Source: Candidatus Latescibacterota bacterium
GTDB lineage: Bacteria > Latescibacterota > UBA2968 > GCA-2709665
Direction of reading: 5' to 3'
Length of the DNA: 50,311 nt
NCBI GenBank assembly: GCA_963662665.2
Contig: CAXXJS010000026.1
Span: 1-50,311 of the forward strand
Shown here: positions 26,444 through 35,500 of the stretch, piece by piece
How positions within the stretch are numbered: position 1 is the stretch's first letter
Layout: every line of letters starts with the position of its first letter
Notes under the pieces: generated by a model
Databases searched by the model: none
Told to the model about the DNA's origin: nothing
The model's input: only the letters and a program-made list of their open reading frames with translations
Made by a program: the position numbers and the translations under genes

Positions 26444-28846
26444 ATGTACCGGATTCGAACACGGACGATGGTGGCCTGGCTTGCGGGACTGACCCTTTTG
26501 CTGACGGTAGGACTGCCTGCTCGTGCCGAAGAAAAGGCGCCGCAGGGGGCCGCGGATTCGACCGCTGTTCCTGCAACCGACCTGGAAGTCCAGCGCGCCG
26601 TACGGGTGTACTGGCCGCAATTGACCGGGGATCCGGCCGGTCACAACACCCGGGTCGGGTACGCGCGGTTGCTGAAGGCGGATTTGTCCGGGGCCAGCGA
26701 GGCGTTCCAGTCGGCCCTTTCGCAGAACGACGGGTTTGCGCCGGCGCACTTCGGTATGGCGCTGGCGTCCTACCGGTCCGGGACGGCGGAGGGAGAAAAG
26801 GGAAGATTCTCCGAGCAGACGATCTACCATGCGTCACGGGCGGCCGTGCTCTCACCGGGGTTTGATTTGACTCACCGGCTTCTGGGGCGGCTTTATTCCG
26901 ACATCGAGGACTACGACACGTCTCTGGACGCCTATGTGCGCTCCCTTTCCGTGGAGCCGACGCGCGACCCTGCCGTGCTTAAAGCCGTGGTAACAACCTA
27001 CATTCGAACGGGTGTGTTTGAGGACTTGCCCTCGGAGACGCTGGATTCTCTGGACGTGACGACGGACGAGGGGTTGTTGTTGCCCGTGCTGGCGCAGGCC
27101 TGTGCGAGCCGGAAAGCACTGGATCTGGCCATGCAGTACTATGGCCGGGGGTTTTCCAGGATGCCGCCTGAGGAACGACAGTTTTATCAGGACGTACACC
27201 TGATTGCATCCAGCGAGGAGCTTCTTGCCTACCGGGCGACCGCGGACGATCCGGCGGCGCGGAGGGAATTTCTGGTAAGATTCTGGTCCGTTAGGGACCC
27301 GGACCTGATGACTGCCGTGAATGAACGCAAGTTGGAACATTATCGCCGGGTGTGGTATTCAAGGACCGGATTTTCGGAAATGGCACACCCTTGGGACCGT
27401 AGGGGTGAGGTCTATATTCGATACGGCACTCCTGATTATCGATCGACTTCGGGCTCGGTGGCGCCGTCGATGCCGGTTGCCGTGGAACGAATCAAGGAGC
27501 GTGTCGCCCACGACATCTACGGTCCCCTGGGCATGGCCGGCGTGGGCCGGGGTCCCGTATACCCGATCCGGCGCATGCACGAGGTGGGTCTGGATTTTCC
27601 CTTTGAGCTACCGCCGGGTACCGACCAGGGTGAGGCTCCGGATCCGCTGGAGGTAGAGTTGGGGGCGCCCGCTCTGGAGGACGAGCCCCTGGCGCCCGCG
27701 GACATGTCGGCGCTGGATGGAGACAACTACGAAGTGACCCTGTCGCCGAACCGCACGCAGGCGGCGGGAGGGGACTTCATGTCGTTCATTAAATGGGAAT
27801 CATGGGTGTATACCGGTGTTGGCGGGGGGATTGAGGTCGTGTTTACTAACGAGTGGGGGGGTGGGAAATTCGACTTTGCACCCGTGCCAGCGGCGGCATT
27901 CGACGACGGCGCTCTGCGGCGGACAAGCAGGATGGTGAAATTCTCGCCGGCGATGGTGGTGAACCGGAGCATCCGGCAGATGCCCGAGCACTATCTGCCG
28001 GGCGGCCGCGAGGCATTTCTGGATTTCTACTACGATCGGGCGACTTTTCGAGGATCCAATGGAAAAACGAGGGTAGAGGTCTACTACGGTATTCCGCCGC
28101 GCAGTCTAAAAGAATCGGAATCGGAGGAACAGCCGGTGGTCCAGATGGGTTGCGCGGTTGCCCTGTACGATACCGAAACCGGACAGACGCTGCACGACAG
28201 CGAAGAACTGGTATTGCGCACGTCGAAGGACCTATATACAGGAAAGGGCACCTTCATTCCGAATCAGCTCGCGCTGGACGTGAGTCCGGGCGCCTACGAT
28301 ATGCGGGTACAGGTCAAAGACCTGATTTCCGGCCATTCGGGCATCTACAAAGAAAGACTCGAAGTTGAGGATTATTCCCTGGATACGTTGAAGCTGAGTG
28401 GGCTGGAATTGGGTTTCAAGGTATCCACGGAGGGTGGCCTGGAGAAATACGACAAAGGTGGTGGCATCTGGGTGATTCCGATGACAACCAAGACCTATCG
28501 GATGAACCAGCACCCGTTTGTATATTACGAAGCATACGGCCTGACGGCGGACACGTTCGGTCAGTGCCGGTTTACGTTGCATTATACGATCCATTCGATG
28601 CCGGAGAAGGGCGGCACGTTCGGACGGCTTTGGTCGGGCGTGGGCGCACTCTTCCGCAGGGGCGAACGCAACCCTGAGGTATCTGTATCCACGGAGCAGG
28701 TCCGGGAGGATACCGATCTGCAGGAGTATTTCGAAATGGATCTCAGTAACGCCAAATCCGGGGTGAACCGGCTGACGGTTCGCATCGTGGACCAGAATGG
28801 CAACGTGGAGGCGGAGAAGGAGGTCCTGTTTAAGTTGGAGCGGTGA
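26444..28846 (+). CDS. TPR plus GWxTD-domain protein
   Basis: Signal peptide; TPR-like helices; FLVRFWSVRDPD...NERKLEHYRRVWY...PWDRRGEVYIRYGTPD; WESWVY; Ig-like C-terminal domains. Confidence 0.9.
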   Translation: MYRIRTRTMVAWLAGLTLLLTVGLPARAEEKAPQGAADSTAVPATDLEVQRAVRVYWPQLTGDPAGHNTRVGYARLLKADLSGASEAFQSALSQNDGFAPAHFGMALASYRSGTAEGEKGRFSEQTIYHASRAAVLSPGFDLTHRLLGRLYSDIEDYDTSLDAYVRSLSVEPTRDPAVLKAVVTTYIRTGVFEDLPSETLDSLDVTTDEGLLLPVLAQACASRKALDLAMQYYGRGFSRMPPEERQFYQDVHLIASSEELLAYRATADDPAARREFLVRFWSVRDPDLMTAVNERKLEHYRRVWYSRTGFSEMAHPWDRRGEVYIRYGTPDYRSTSGSVAPSMPVAVERIKERVAHDIYGPLGMAGVGRGPVYPIRRMHEVGLDFPFELPPGTDQGEAPDPLEVELGAPALEDEPLAPADMSALDGDNYEVTLSPNRTQAAGGDFMSFIKWESWVYTGVGGGIEVVFTNEWGGGKFDFAPVPAAAFDDGALRRTSRMVKFSPAMVVNRSIRQMPEHYLPGGREAFLDFYYDRATFRGSNGKTRVEVYYGIPPRSLKESESEEQPVVQMGCAVALYDTETGQTLHDSEELVLRTSKDLYTGKGTFIPNQLALDVSPGAYDMRVQVKDLISGHSGIYKERLEVEDYSLDTLKLSGLELGFKVSTEGGLEKYDKGGGIWVIPMTTKTYRMNQHPFVYYEAYGLTADTFGQCRFTLHYTIHSMPEKGGTFGRLWSGVGALFRRGERNPEVSVSTEQVREDTDLQEYFEMDLSNAKSGVNRLTVRIVDQNGNVEAEKEVLFKLER

Positions 28847-28897
28847 GCGGCGATAAACTGCCATGCGAACGGGGGATGGTGGGGTGGCGCGTCATGA

Positions 28898-28980
28898 AGG
28901 AATCCAGGAGTCGAGAGTCAGATTCTGTAAGTAAACCCGGTTTTTCTTCCGGATTCTGATTTTTAGCTTCTGGATTCTTC
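28898..28980. repeat. Heptamer-periodic repeats with an inverted partner
   Basis: aggaatcc aggagtc gagagtc agattct ... ttccgga ttctgat ttttagc ttctgga ttc. Confidence 0.5.
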
Positions 28981-28996
28981 TTTTGTTGGAGGGAAA

Positions 28997-30217
28997 ATGG
29001 AGAAACTCGCAATCCATGGAGGCCCGAAGGTACGAACCGGCCCGTTTCCCGAAAGGGCGCCGTTCGGGCAGCGGGAAGAAGAACTGTTGTTAGCAGCCGT
29101 GCGCAGCCAGAATCTATTCGGCAAGAGCGGCCGGTTCGTGAGGGAATTCGAAGAGGCATTCGCCGATTTCTACGGGGTCAGGTACGCGCAGAGTTCCACG
29201 GGCGGCTCGGCTGCCCTCCATCTCGCCGTGGGGGCCGTGAACCCGGAACCCGGCGACGAGATTATCACCGCGCCCGTTACCGATCCGGGCAGCGTGATGC
29301 CGATCCTGCAGCAGAACGCGGTGCCGGTCTTTGCCGACGTGGATCCCAGGACATTGAACATGACGCCGGCCTCTATCGAAGCGGTTATTTCGAACAGGAC
29401 GCGGGCTATTATTCTCGTCCATCTCTTCGGGAGGCCGTGCGACGTGGACGCGGTGGCGGAGATTGCTGATCGCCACGACCTGATTCTGATTGAGGACTGC
29501 AGCCAGGCCCATGCCACCCGATTCAAGGGTCGGTACGTCGGCACATTCGGGCATATGGGGTGTTTCAGCCTCCAGCAGTCCAAGCAAATGACGACAGGCG
29601 ACGGGGGGATGACCGTAACCAATTGTGAGGAGACGTATGTCCGGCTGAAGCTGTTTTCCGATAAGGGCTGGGACTACAAGTACATGGGGGAGAGGGACCA
29701 CGGGTTCCTTGCGCCAACGTATCGCATGACGGAGATGCAGGGAGCGGTTGGTTTGGCGCAGTTGGAGAAGGTGCGGGCCGTTGTCGAACGCCGGATTCAC
29801 CTGGGGCGCCTTTTGTGCGAGTTGATCGCGGATGCGCCGGGAATCGAACCCGTGCCCGAGGAGGCGGACCGCGAGGTGTCCTGGTGGAATTTCATCTTCC
29901 ACGTGACGGGTCACGATCCCGATCGGTTCTGCAAGGCAGTGTCCGCAGAGGGTGTCGCGGTAGGCGCCCACTATATCGGCGACCCGATATTTATGCGTGG
30001 GAACTACCTGACCGAAAAGATCACGTACGGAAACAGTGGGTGTCCATTTACATGCGGCGTAACAGACCGCGAGTACCACTATGGACCCGACACCACCCCC
30101 CAGGCCGTCGCTGGATTGCGGACAGTCGCGGTGCGGGGGATCCATGAACACATGGAGGAGTCGGACGTCCGCGATATCGGGGCTGCAATCAACAAAGTGG
30201 CTGAGAATCTGTCGTAA
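28997..30217 (+). CDS. DegT/DnrJ/EryC1/StrS-family PLP aminotransferase
   Basis: LAIHGG, PVFADVD, VHLFG, IEDCSQAH, FSLQQSKQMTTGDGG. Confidence 0.95.
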   Translation: MEKLAIHGGPKVRTGPFPERAPFGQREEELLLAAVRSQNLFGKSGRFVREFEEAFADFYGVRYAQSSTGGSAALHLAVGAVNPEPGDEIITAPVTDPGSVMPILQQNAVPVFADVDPRTLNMTPASIEAVISNRTRAIILVHLFGRPCDVDAVAEIADRHDLILIEDCSQAHATRFKGRYVGTFGHMGCFSLQQSKQMTTGDGGMTVTNCEETYVRLKLFSDKGWDYKYMGERDHGFLAPTYRMTEMQGAVGLAQLEKVRAVVERRIHLGRLLCELIADAPGIEPVPEEADREVSWWNFIFHVTGHDPDRFCKAVSAEGVAVGAHYIGDPIFMRGNYLTEKITYGNSGCPFTCGVTDREYHYGPDTTPQAVAGLRTVAVRGIHEHMEESDVRDIGAAINKVAENLS

Positions 30218-30225
30218 AGCACCCC

Positions 30226-30250
30226 GTAGGGGCATTCCTTGTACATTCCC
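30226..30250 (+). repeat. Degenerate GTAG-type REP
   Basis: gtaggggcattccttgtacattccc matches the 25791-25815 REP at 19/25. Confidence 0.5.
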
Positions 30251-30311
30251 GCCAACAAGAATTGAAGGAATGGCAGCTATCCGGCCAAACGCTTGCCATT
30301 GGAGGAGTCGG

Positions 30312-31925
30312 ATGTTTGAAGGAAAAGAGGTCCTCGTTCCCCGCGGGGCCGTTGCCGCAGGCCCCCAGGAAGCAGCCCGGGTGGGCGCGCGTATATTGGA
30401 CCAGGGTGGAAACGCGATGGACGCGGCGGCCGCGACCAGTATGGCCTGCTGTATGTTGCAGCCACAGTCCACGGGCGTGATGGGGTACGTAATGTGCGCC
30501 CTGGTGCTGGACGGACGGTCCGGGAAGGTGTGGTCTCTCGATGCGAACTCGATAGCACCCGCGTCGTCGAGCGAGACGATGTACGACGTGATGCCGATGG
30601 GGGAAGGGCCGAAGGGGATCAACGAGAACGAGTATCTCTGTTCCGTTCGCGCCAACGCCAACGTACACGGGCCACTGGCGGTTGGCCCTCCCGGAATGAT
30701 GGCGGGGATGGGTGTATTGTGGGAGCGTTGGGGTCGGTTGAAGTGGTCGGATATCGTGGCGCCGTCGCTCACGTTGCTTGAGAATGGGTTCCCGTTCGGT
30801 TCCACGGCCGCCGCGGTTCGGAATCTTGAGCCGGTAGTCCGGCGGTTCGAGGCAACACAGAAGCATCTGATGCCGGAGGGGCGTGTACCCACGCCGGACG
30901 ACGTCTGGCACAGGCGGGACATGGAGAAATCGTTGACGCGAGCGTGTGAGGCGGGTTGGCGCGACTTCTACGATGGCGAGATCGGACGGAAGATCGCGGA
31001 CCACGTCAGCCTTACGGGGGGTGCACTTACCAGGGAGGATATGGCAAACTACGAGCCGCGGGTGACAGCGCCTTACGAGACCACGTACCGCGACGCGGGC
31101 GTCTACGCGGCGATATTGCCGAACGGCGGGCTCACGGCCCTCCAGGTCCTGAATATGCTGGAATGCTTCCAGCCCGTTCCGGAGACGACGGTGCCGTACT
31201 GGCACCGGCTGGCGGAAGTGTTGAAATTGGCCTGGCGGGACCGGCTAATGTATCTGGGGGATCCGGATCACGTGGACGTTCAGGTCGAACGGTTGTTGAG
31301 CAAAGACTACGCGGCAGGTCGCGTGGAGTCCGTGCGGCAGTTTCCGGAGGTCGTGGATCGGCGGTCCCCGAGGCCCGAAGGAGATTCAACGGCCGGGACG
31401 CTGCATGTTTCTGCGGCGGACGTGGAAGGCAACGTGGCGTCGGTTACGATATCGCAGGGCGGCGCATTCGGGTCGCTGGTCACGGTGCCGGGTACGGGAT
31501 TAATTCTGGGGCACGGGATGTGCCGGCTGGATCCGCGTCCCGGACGCAAGAATTCAGTGGCGCCGGGAAAACGGCCCTTGAACAACACGGCGCCGCTGAT
31601 GATTCGTCTGCCGGACCGCGACGTCGCGATCGGATTGCCGGGGGGCCGCCGGCTCGTGAGTGTGAATGCGCGGATCGCACAGAGAATCGTGGACTTTGGC
31701 GCGACTTCCCGCGAGGCGGTGTCCGGTCCCCGGATGCACGTCCAGATGGAAGAGCCCCTGATGGTGACGAGGTCTCTGGATGAATCCATTCGGGACGGAC
31801 TGCTTGAGATGGGCCACGAGCTGAACGTGGTCGGGGGCGTCGCGGGGGGCGCGCATTGTGCGGAATACTTAAAGCAGGAGGCGAAAGTACGTGCGGGAGG
31901 GAACACGTGGTCGGCTGGTGTTTAA
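30312..31925 (+). CDS. ggt: Gamma-glutamyltransferase family (Ntn hydrolase)
   Basis: GGNAMDAA, VGPPG, FYDGEIG, nucleophile site GTLHVSAADVEGN, APGKRP, GLPGG; GGAGGAG before ATG 30312. Confidence 0.92.
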   Translation: MFEGKEVLVPRGAVAAGPQEAARVGARILDQGGNAMDAAAATSMACCMLQPQSTGVMGYVMCALVLDGRSGKVWSLDANSIAPASSSETMYDVMPMGEGPKGINENEYLCSVRANANVHGPLAVGPPGMMAGMGVLWERWGRLKWSDIVAPSLTLLENGFPFGSTAAAVRNLEPVVRRFEATQKHLMPEGRVPTPDDVWHRRDMEKSLTRACEAGWRDFYDGEIGRKIADHVSLTGGALTREDMANYEPRVTAPYETTYRDAGVYAAILPNGGLTALQVLNMLECFQPVPETTVPYWHRLAEVLKLAWRDRLMYLGDPDHVDVQVERLLSKDYAAGRVESVRQFPEVVDRRSPRPEGDSTAGTLHVSAADVEGNVASVTISQGGAFGSLVTVPGTGLILGHGMCRLDPRPGRKNSVAPGKRPLNNTAPLMIRLPDRDVAIGLPGGRRLVSVNARIAQRIVDFGATSREAVSGPRMHVQMEEPLMVTRSLDESIRDGLLEMGHELNVVGGVAGGAHCAEYLKQEAKVRAGGNTWSAGV

Positions 31926-32041
31926 CCGTGCTGCAATCGGATATGTGGAGAGGATACACTTGCGGACGGCCATTGCAGAGTTAGATACCGATGCAATTTC
32001 GACATTCCAGACCCCGGGCTCGGCAATTGGCGACCGTCTTT

Positions 32042-32070
32042 TTGTGTTTATCCTGTTCGTTTTGTATATT
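32042..32070 (+). promoter_or_regulatory. Possible internal promoter for the transporter gene
   Basis: TTGTGT-17 nt-TATATT in a 260-bp intergenic gap. Confidence 0.3.
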
Positions 32071-32186
32071 GAGGTGTCCGGGTGTTAATCCTCCCGGCCG
32101 GCTGCGGGATTCGCAAATTCCGGTCTCAACGGCGCAGGAGCGATAAGCGATGCATTGGATTGCCCCAAAACGGAAGGAAGTGCATT

Positions 32187-34154
32187 GTGTCTGAAGCTTC
32201 ACCGGTCGTCCTTTCCACGGATTCGACGGCGCAGACTCAAGGGCAGGCGGTGACGCTCCGCAGCGTTCTCCTGGCCGGGGCACTGGCCGTTGGGGTGAAC
32301 GTCGTGGTGAATTACGTGGAGTACGTTGTACACGCGTCGCGAATGACGCTGAGTCATTTTCCGATGGGTACACTGCTGCTCTACCTCCTGCTTGCCCTGG
32401 GTCTGAATCCACTATGCCGATTACTTGCGCGTCAATATGCACTTTCGTCAACGGAACTGCTGGTGGTGCTGGCGGGTGGTTTAGTCGGTGGGGCGATTCC
32501 GTCTGTAGGTCTGACGGGGTATTTCCTGGGAGCAATCGCTGCGCCGTTCTACTTTGCGACACCGGAAAATCAGTGGGGAGAGTTCTTCCATCCCTATATT
32601 CCGCACTGGCTGGCGCCCAGAAACACCAACGGTACGTTGAATCATCTGTTCGAGGGTCTGCCGCCGGGCGATTCCATTCCCTGGAACGTCTGGTTCGTGC
32701 CGGTGGTGTGCTGGATGGGCCTGATTACCGCCCTGTTTTTCGGTTCCGTCTGCCTGGCGGTGATTCTGCGAAAGCAGTGGGTGGAGAGCGAACGCCTGTC
32801 GTTTCCGATCCTGCGTCCTGTCACGGACCTAACGGAACGTGCCGGGTCATTGGAATTCCCCCGGCTCTTCTGGATTGGCTTCGCCGTCGCGTTCGGCATC
32901 CTGGCCTGGAATATGATTAACTATTTCATACCGGGATTTCCCCAGGTTCCCAATATACGCTGGGGACCGTGGATCAAGTTCGAACGGTATTTCCCGGGAT
33001 TGTGGACCAGGATTAATATGTTTACAATCTCATTTTGCTATTTCGCCAATATCGACGTGTTATTCAGCCTCTGGTTCTTCGACCTGCTGTTTATCATCCG
33101 AAGCGGCATCTTGAACCGGTTGGGATACAATGCCAGTTCGTGGGCCCACGCCTCGGGTGATTTTCAGTGGCTGCCGCTGGGCGCCTTTTTTGCGATGGTC
33201 GGCTGGGGGGTGTGGACGTCCCGAGACCACTTAAGGCAAGTTGTCCGGAAAGCGCTGGGGAGAGCATCGCCGCTGGACGATTCCGAGGAAATGATGTCCT
33301 TCCGGACGGCCGTGGTCGGGCTGGTTGTATGTGTCCTTTTTGCGGTGTTCTGGTGGTGGCAGGCCGGAATGAGCCTTGTTCTCGCGTGTGCGTTCATTCT
33401 TGCAACATTCGTGCTCTATCTGGGTGTGTCCCGTATCGTATCCGACGTGGGATTGGTATTCATCAGCATGCCCGTAGGTCCGCAACGCTTTGTCACGTCG
33501 TTGTTCGGATCGCGGAATCTGTCGGGATCCAGTCTGACAACGCTGGGATTCACGAACGGCATTGCGTCCTACGGCAAGGGCCTGTTCATGCCGTCGGTCA
33601 TCCACGGGGCGAAACTGGCGGACACCTGCCCCGGAGACGGGCGGCGGCGGGTACTTGCGGCTTTGCTGGCGGCGTTCGGAGCAGGGTGCGTGTTTTCGAT
33701 TGTGTACACACTGTACCTCGGTTACACCTACGGCGCCTTCAACTTCAACGACTATCCATTCGCCCGCTACAGCAAATCCGGCTTTGCCGGTGTATTGACC
33801 CGGATGAACAACCCGGAGCCGCCCGACCAATTGCAATTGAGCCTGTTCGGCATTGGCGCGGCGGTGATGTCGTTGTTGACGTTCCTGAAGTACCGGTTTC
33901 CGTGGTGGCCCTTCCATCCCGTTGGATTCGCGCTGGCCGGAACGGGGACGTCTGTGCGGTATACCGTGTTTTCAGTCTTTCTGGCCTGGGCCATCAAGTT
34001 TCTCATACTGCGAATTGGCGGCGCGGCGCTTTATCGACGTTACGTGCCGTTTTTCCTGGGCGTGCTCGTGGGCTATTCCGCCGGCGTGGGAGTTTCGTTG
34101 ATCGTGGACATGGTCTGGTTTCCGGGTGGCGGGCATTCAATCCACGGGTATTGA
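32187..34154 (+). CDS. Polytopic membrane protein, DUF6785/DUF6784-type (OPT/YSL-like putative peptide transporter)
   Basis: Many TM segments; ATPENQW, IPHWLAP, IPWNVWFVP, LRKQWVESERLSFP, WWPFHPVG, PFFLG. Confidence 0.82.
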   Translation: MSEASPVVLSTDSTAQTQGQAVTLRSVLLAGALAVGVNVVVNYVEYVVHASRMTLSHFPMGTLLLYLLLALGLNPLCRLLARQYALSSTELLVVLAGGLVGGAIPSVGLTGYFLGAIAAPFYFATPENQWGEFFHPYIPHWLAPRNTNGTLNHLFEGLPPGDSIPWNVWFVPVVCWMGLITALFFGSVCLAVILRKQWVESERLSFPILRPVTDLTERAGSLEFPRLFWIGFAVAFGILAWNMINYFIPGFPQVPNIRWGPWIKFERYFPGLWTRINMFTISFCYFANIDVLFSLWFFDLLFIIRSGILNRLGYNASSWAHASGDFQWLPLGAFFAMVGWGVWTSRDHLRQVVRKALGRASPLDDSEEMMSFRTAVVGLVVCVLFAVFWWWQAGMSLVLACAFILATFVLYLGVSRIVSDVGLVFISMPVGPQRFVTSLFGSRNLSGSSLTTLGFTNGIASYGKGLFMPSVIHGAKLADTCPGDGRRRVLAALLAAFGAGCVFSIVYTLYLGYTYGAFNFNDYPFARYSKSGFAGVLTRMNNPEPPDQLQLSLFGIGAAVMSLLTFLKYRFPWWPFHPVGFALAGTGTSVRYTVFSVFLAWAIKFLILRIGGAALYRRYVPFFLGVLVGYSAGVGVSLIVDMVWFPGGGHSIHGY

Positions 34155-34235
34155 CCCGCGGCGTACGGGCACAACGGGTAGCCCGCATAGTCTGTCGTTC
34201 GACGCAGGTGCGCAGGTTCGTTAGGGAGGTGAATC

Positions 34236-35462
34236 ATGGCAACGATGGGTGAGCGATCGGTTGCACGATCGTGGGAGCTGTTCGACGCGGCGCAGGAGGT
34301 TATCCCACTGGGCACGCAGACCCATTCCAAGGCGCCGCGAGAGGCGCTGCGGGGGGTGGAGCCTTGCTACCTGGTGCGCGGTGACGGTTGCCGGGTATGG
34401 GACGCCGACGGGAACGAATATATAGATTTCAGGAACGGGCTTGGGCCTATAACCCTGGGGTACCGCTTTCCGGCGGTGGATGAGGCCGTCCGGGCGCAAC
34501 TGGAAAGCGGTATCGTGTTCAGTTATCCGCACCCACTGGAAGTCAAGGTCGCTCAAGCGCTGGTGGAGGTGTTACCCTGCGCGGAGCGGGTCCGATTCCT
34601 GAAGACGGGCGGTGAGGCCATGGCGGCTGCGCACCGCCTTTCGAGGGCGTTTACGAAACGGGAGCTCATCCTGACCTGCGGGTATCACGGCTGGGTCAAC
34701 ACGATGGCTCGCGGAGGGGTGCCGGAGGCGACACGCAAGACTTATATCACGATGCCGTGGGGCAACATTGGGCCGTACGCCGAGGCGTTCGAAGCTACAC
34801 CGGGTGAGATTGCGGCCGTAAGCGTGGCGTGCGCTTATGCGGAAGTTGAACAGGGGCGTTCTTTCCTGAGGGAACTGCGGACCTTAACGCGTCGGCACGG
34901 CGCCGTCCTAATTTTCGACGAGATCGTCACGGGGTTCCGGCTGCGGCGCGCGGGCGCACAGGAATATTTCGGGGTGGTTCCAGACCTGGCGGTGTTTGCC
35001 AAGGGACTGTCGAACGGGGTGCCTCTCTCTTGCTTCGCAGGGAATGCGGCGGTGATGGAGACGGTGAAAGATTGCGTAATATCGTCCACCTTCGGAGGGG
35101 ATACGCTCGGGCTGGCCGCGGCACGGGCGGTCCTGGGCGTGTATGAACGGGAGGACGTGATCGGCAGGCTGTGGAAACGCGGCGAACAGCTTCACGAAGG
35201 CTTCAATGCGTACAGTGAAAGGTTGGGCCTGCCGGCACGTTTCGTAGGAGCCTCTCCAGTTGGACAACTGGTGTTCGATCATCCGGACGCCGCCCGGCTG
35301 TTTCTCAGGTTCAACGCGGAAGTGCTGAAGCGGGGGGTCATTGTCTATTCCGTCTGCTATACCAATTTTTCCCACTCGGAAGCCGATATTGACGAGGCCG
35401 TCCGCGCGATGGCGGAGGCCCTGGAAGTGATGTCAAATGAGGGGTTGTTTGAAGGCGGATAA
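34236..35462 (+). CDS. Class III PLP aminotransferase (GSA-aminomutase-like)
   Basis: GCRVWDADGNEYID, FLKTGGEA, GYHGW, FDEIVTGFR, PDLAVFAKG, SSTFGG. Confidence 0.93.
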   Translation: MATMGERSVARSWELFDAAQEVIPLGTQTHSKAPREALRGVEPCYLVRGDGCRVWDADGNEYIDFRNGLGPITLGYRFPAVDEAVRAQLESGIVFSYPHPLEVKVAQALVEVLPCAERVRFLKTGGEAMAAAHRLSRAFTKRELILTCGYHGWVNTMARGGVPEATRKTYITMPWGNIGPYAEAFEATPGEIAAVSVACAYAEVEQGRSFLRELRTLTRRHGAVLIFDEIVTGFRLRRAGAQEYFGVVPDLAVFAKGLSNGVPLSCFAGNAAVMETVKDCVISSTFGGDTLGLAAARAVLGVYEREDVIGRLWKRGEQLHEGFNAYSERLGLPARFVGASPVGQLVFDHPDAARLFLRFNAEVLKRGVIVYSVCYTNFSHSEADIDEAVRAMAEALEVMSNEGLFEGG

Positions 35463-35500
35463 CTTTCTTATCTTATAAAGATGCGTTTGCGCCACACGCG

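Noticed and set aside
29114-30922. 602-aa antisense ORF over the DegT and ggt genes
   Set aside because: Shadow ORF spanning two well-supported plus-strand genes; no motifs.
34236-35462. Calling this gene hemL
   Set aside because: Lacks the PGGVNSPVR N-terminal motif and has no tetrapyrrole genes nearby.
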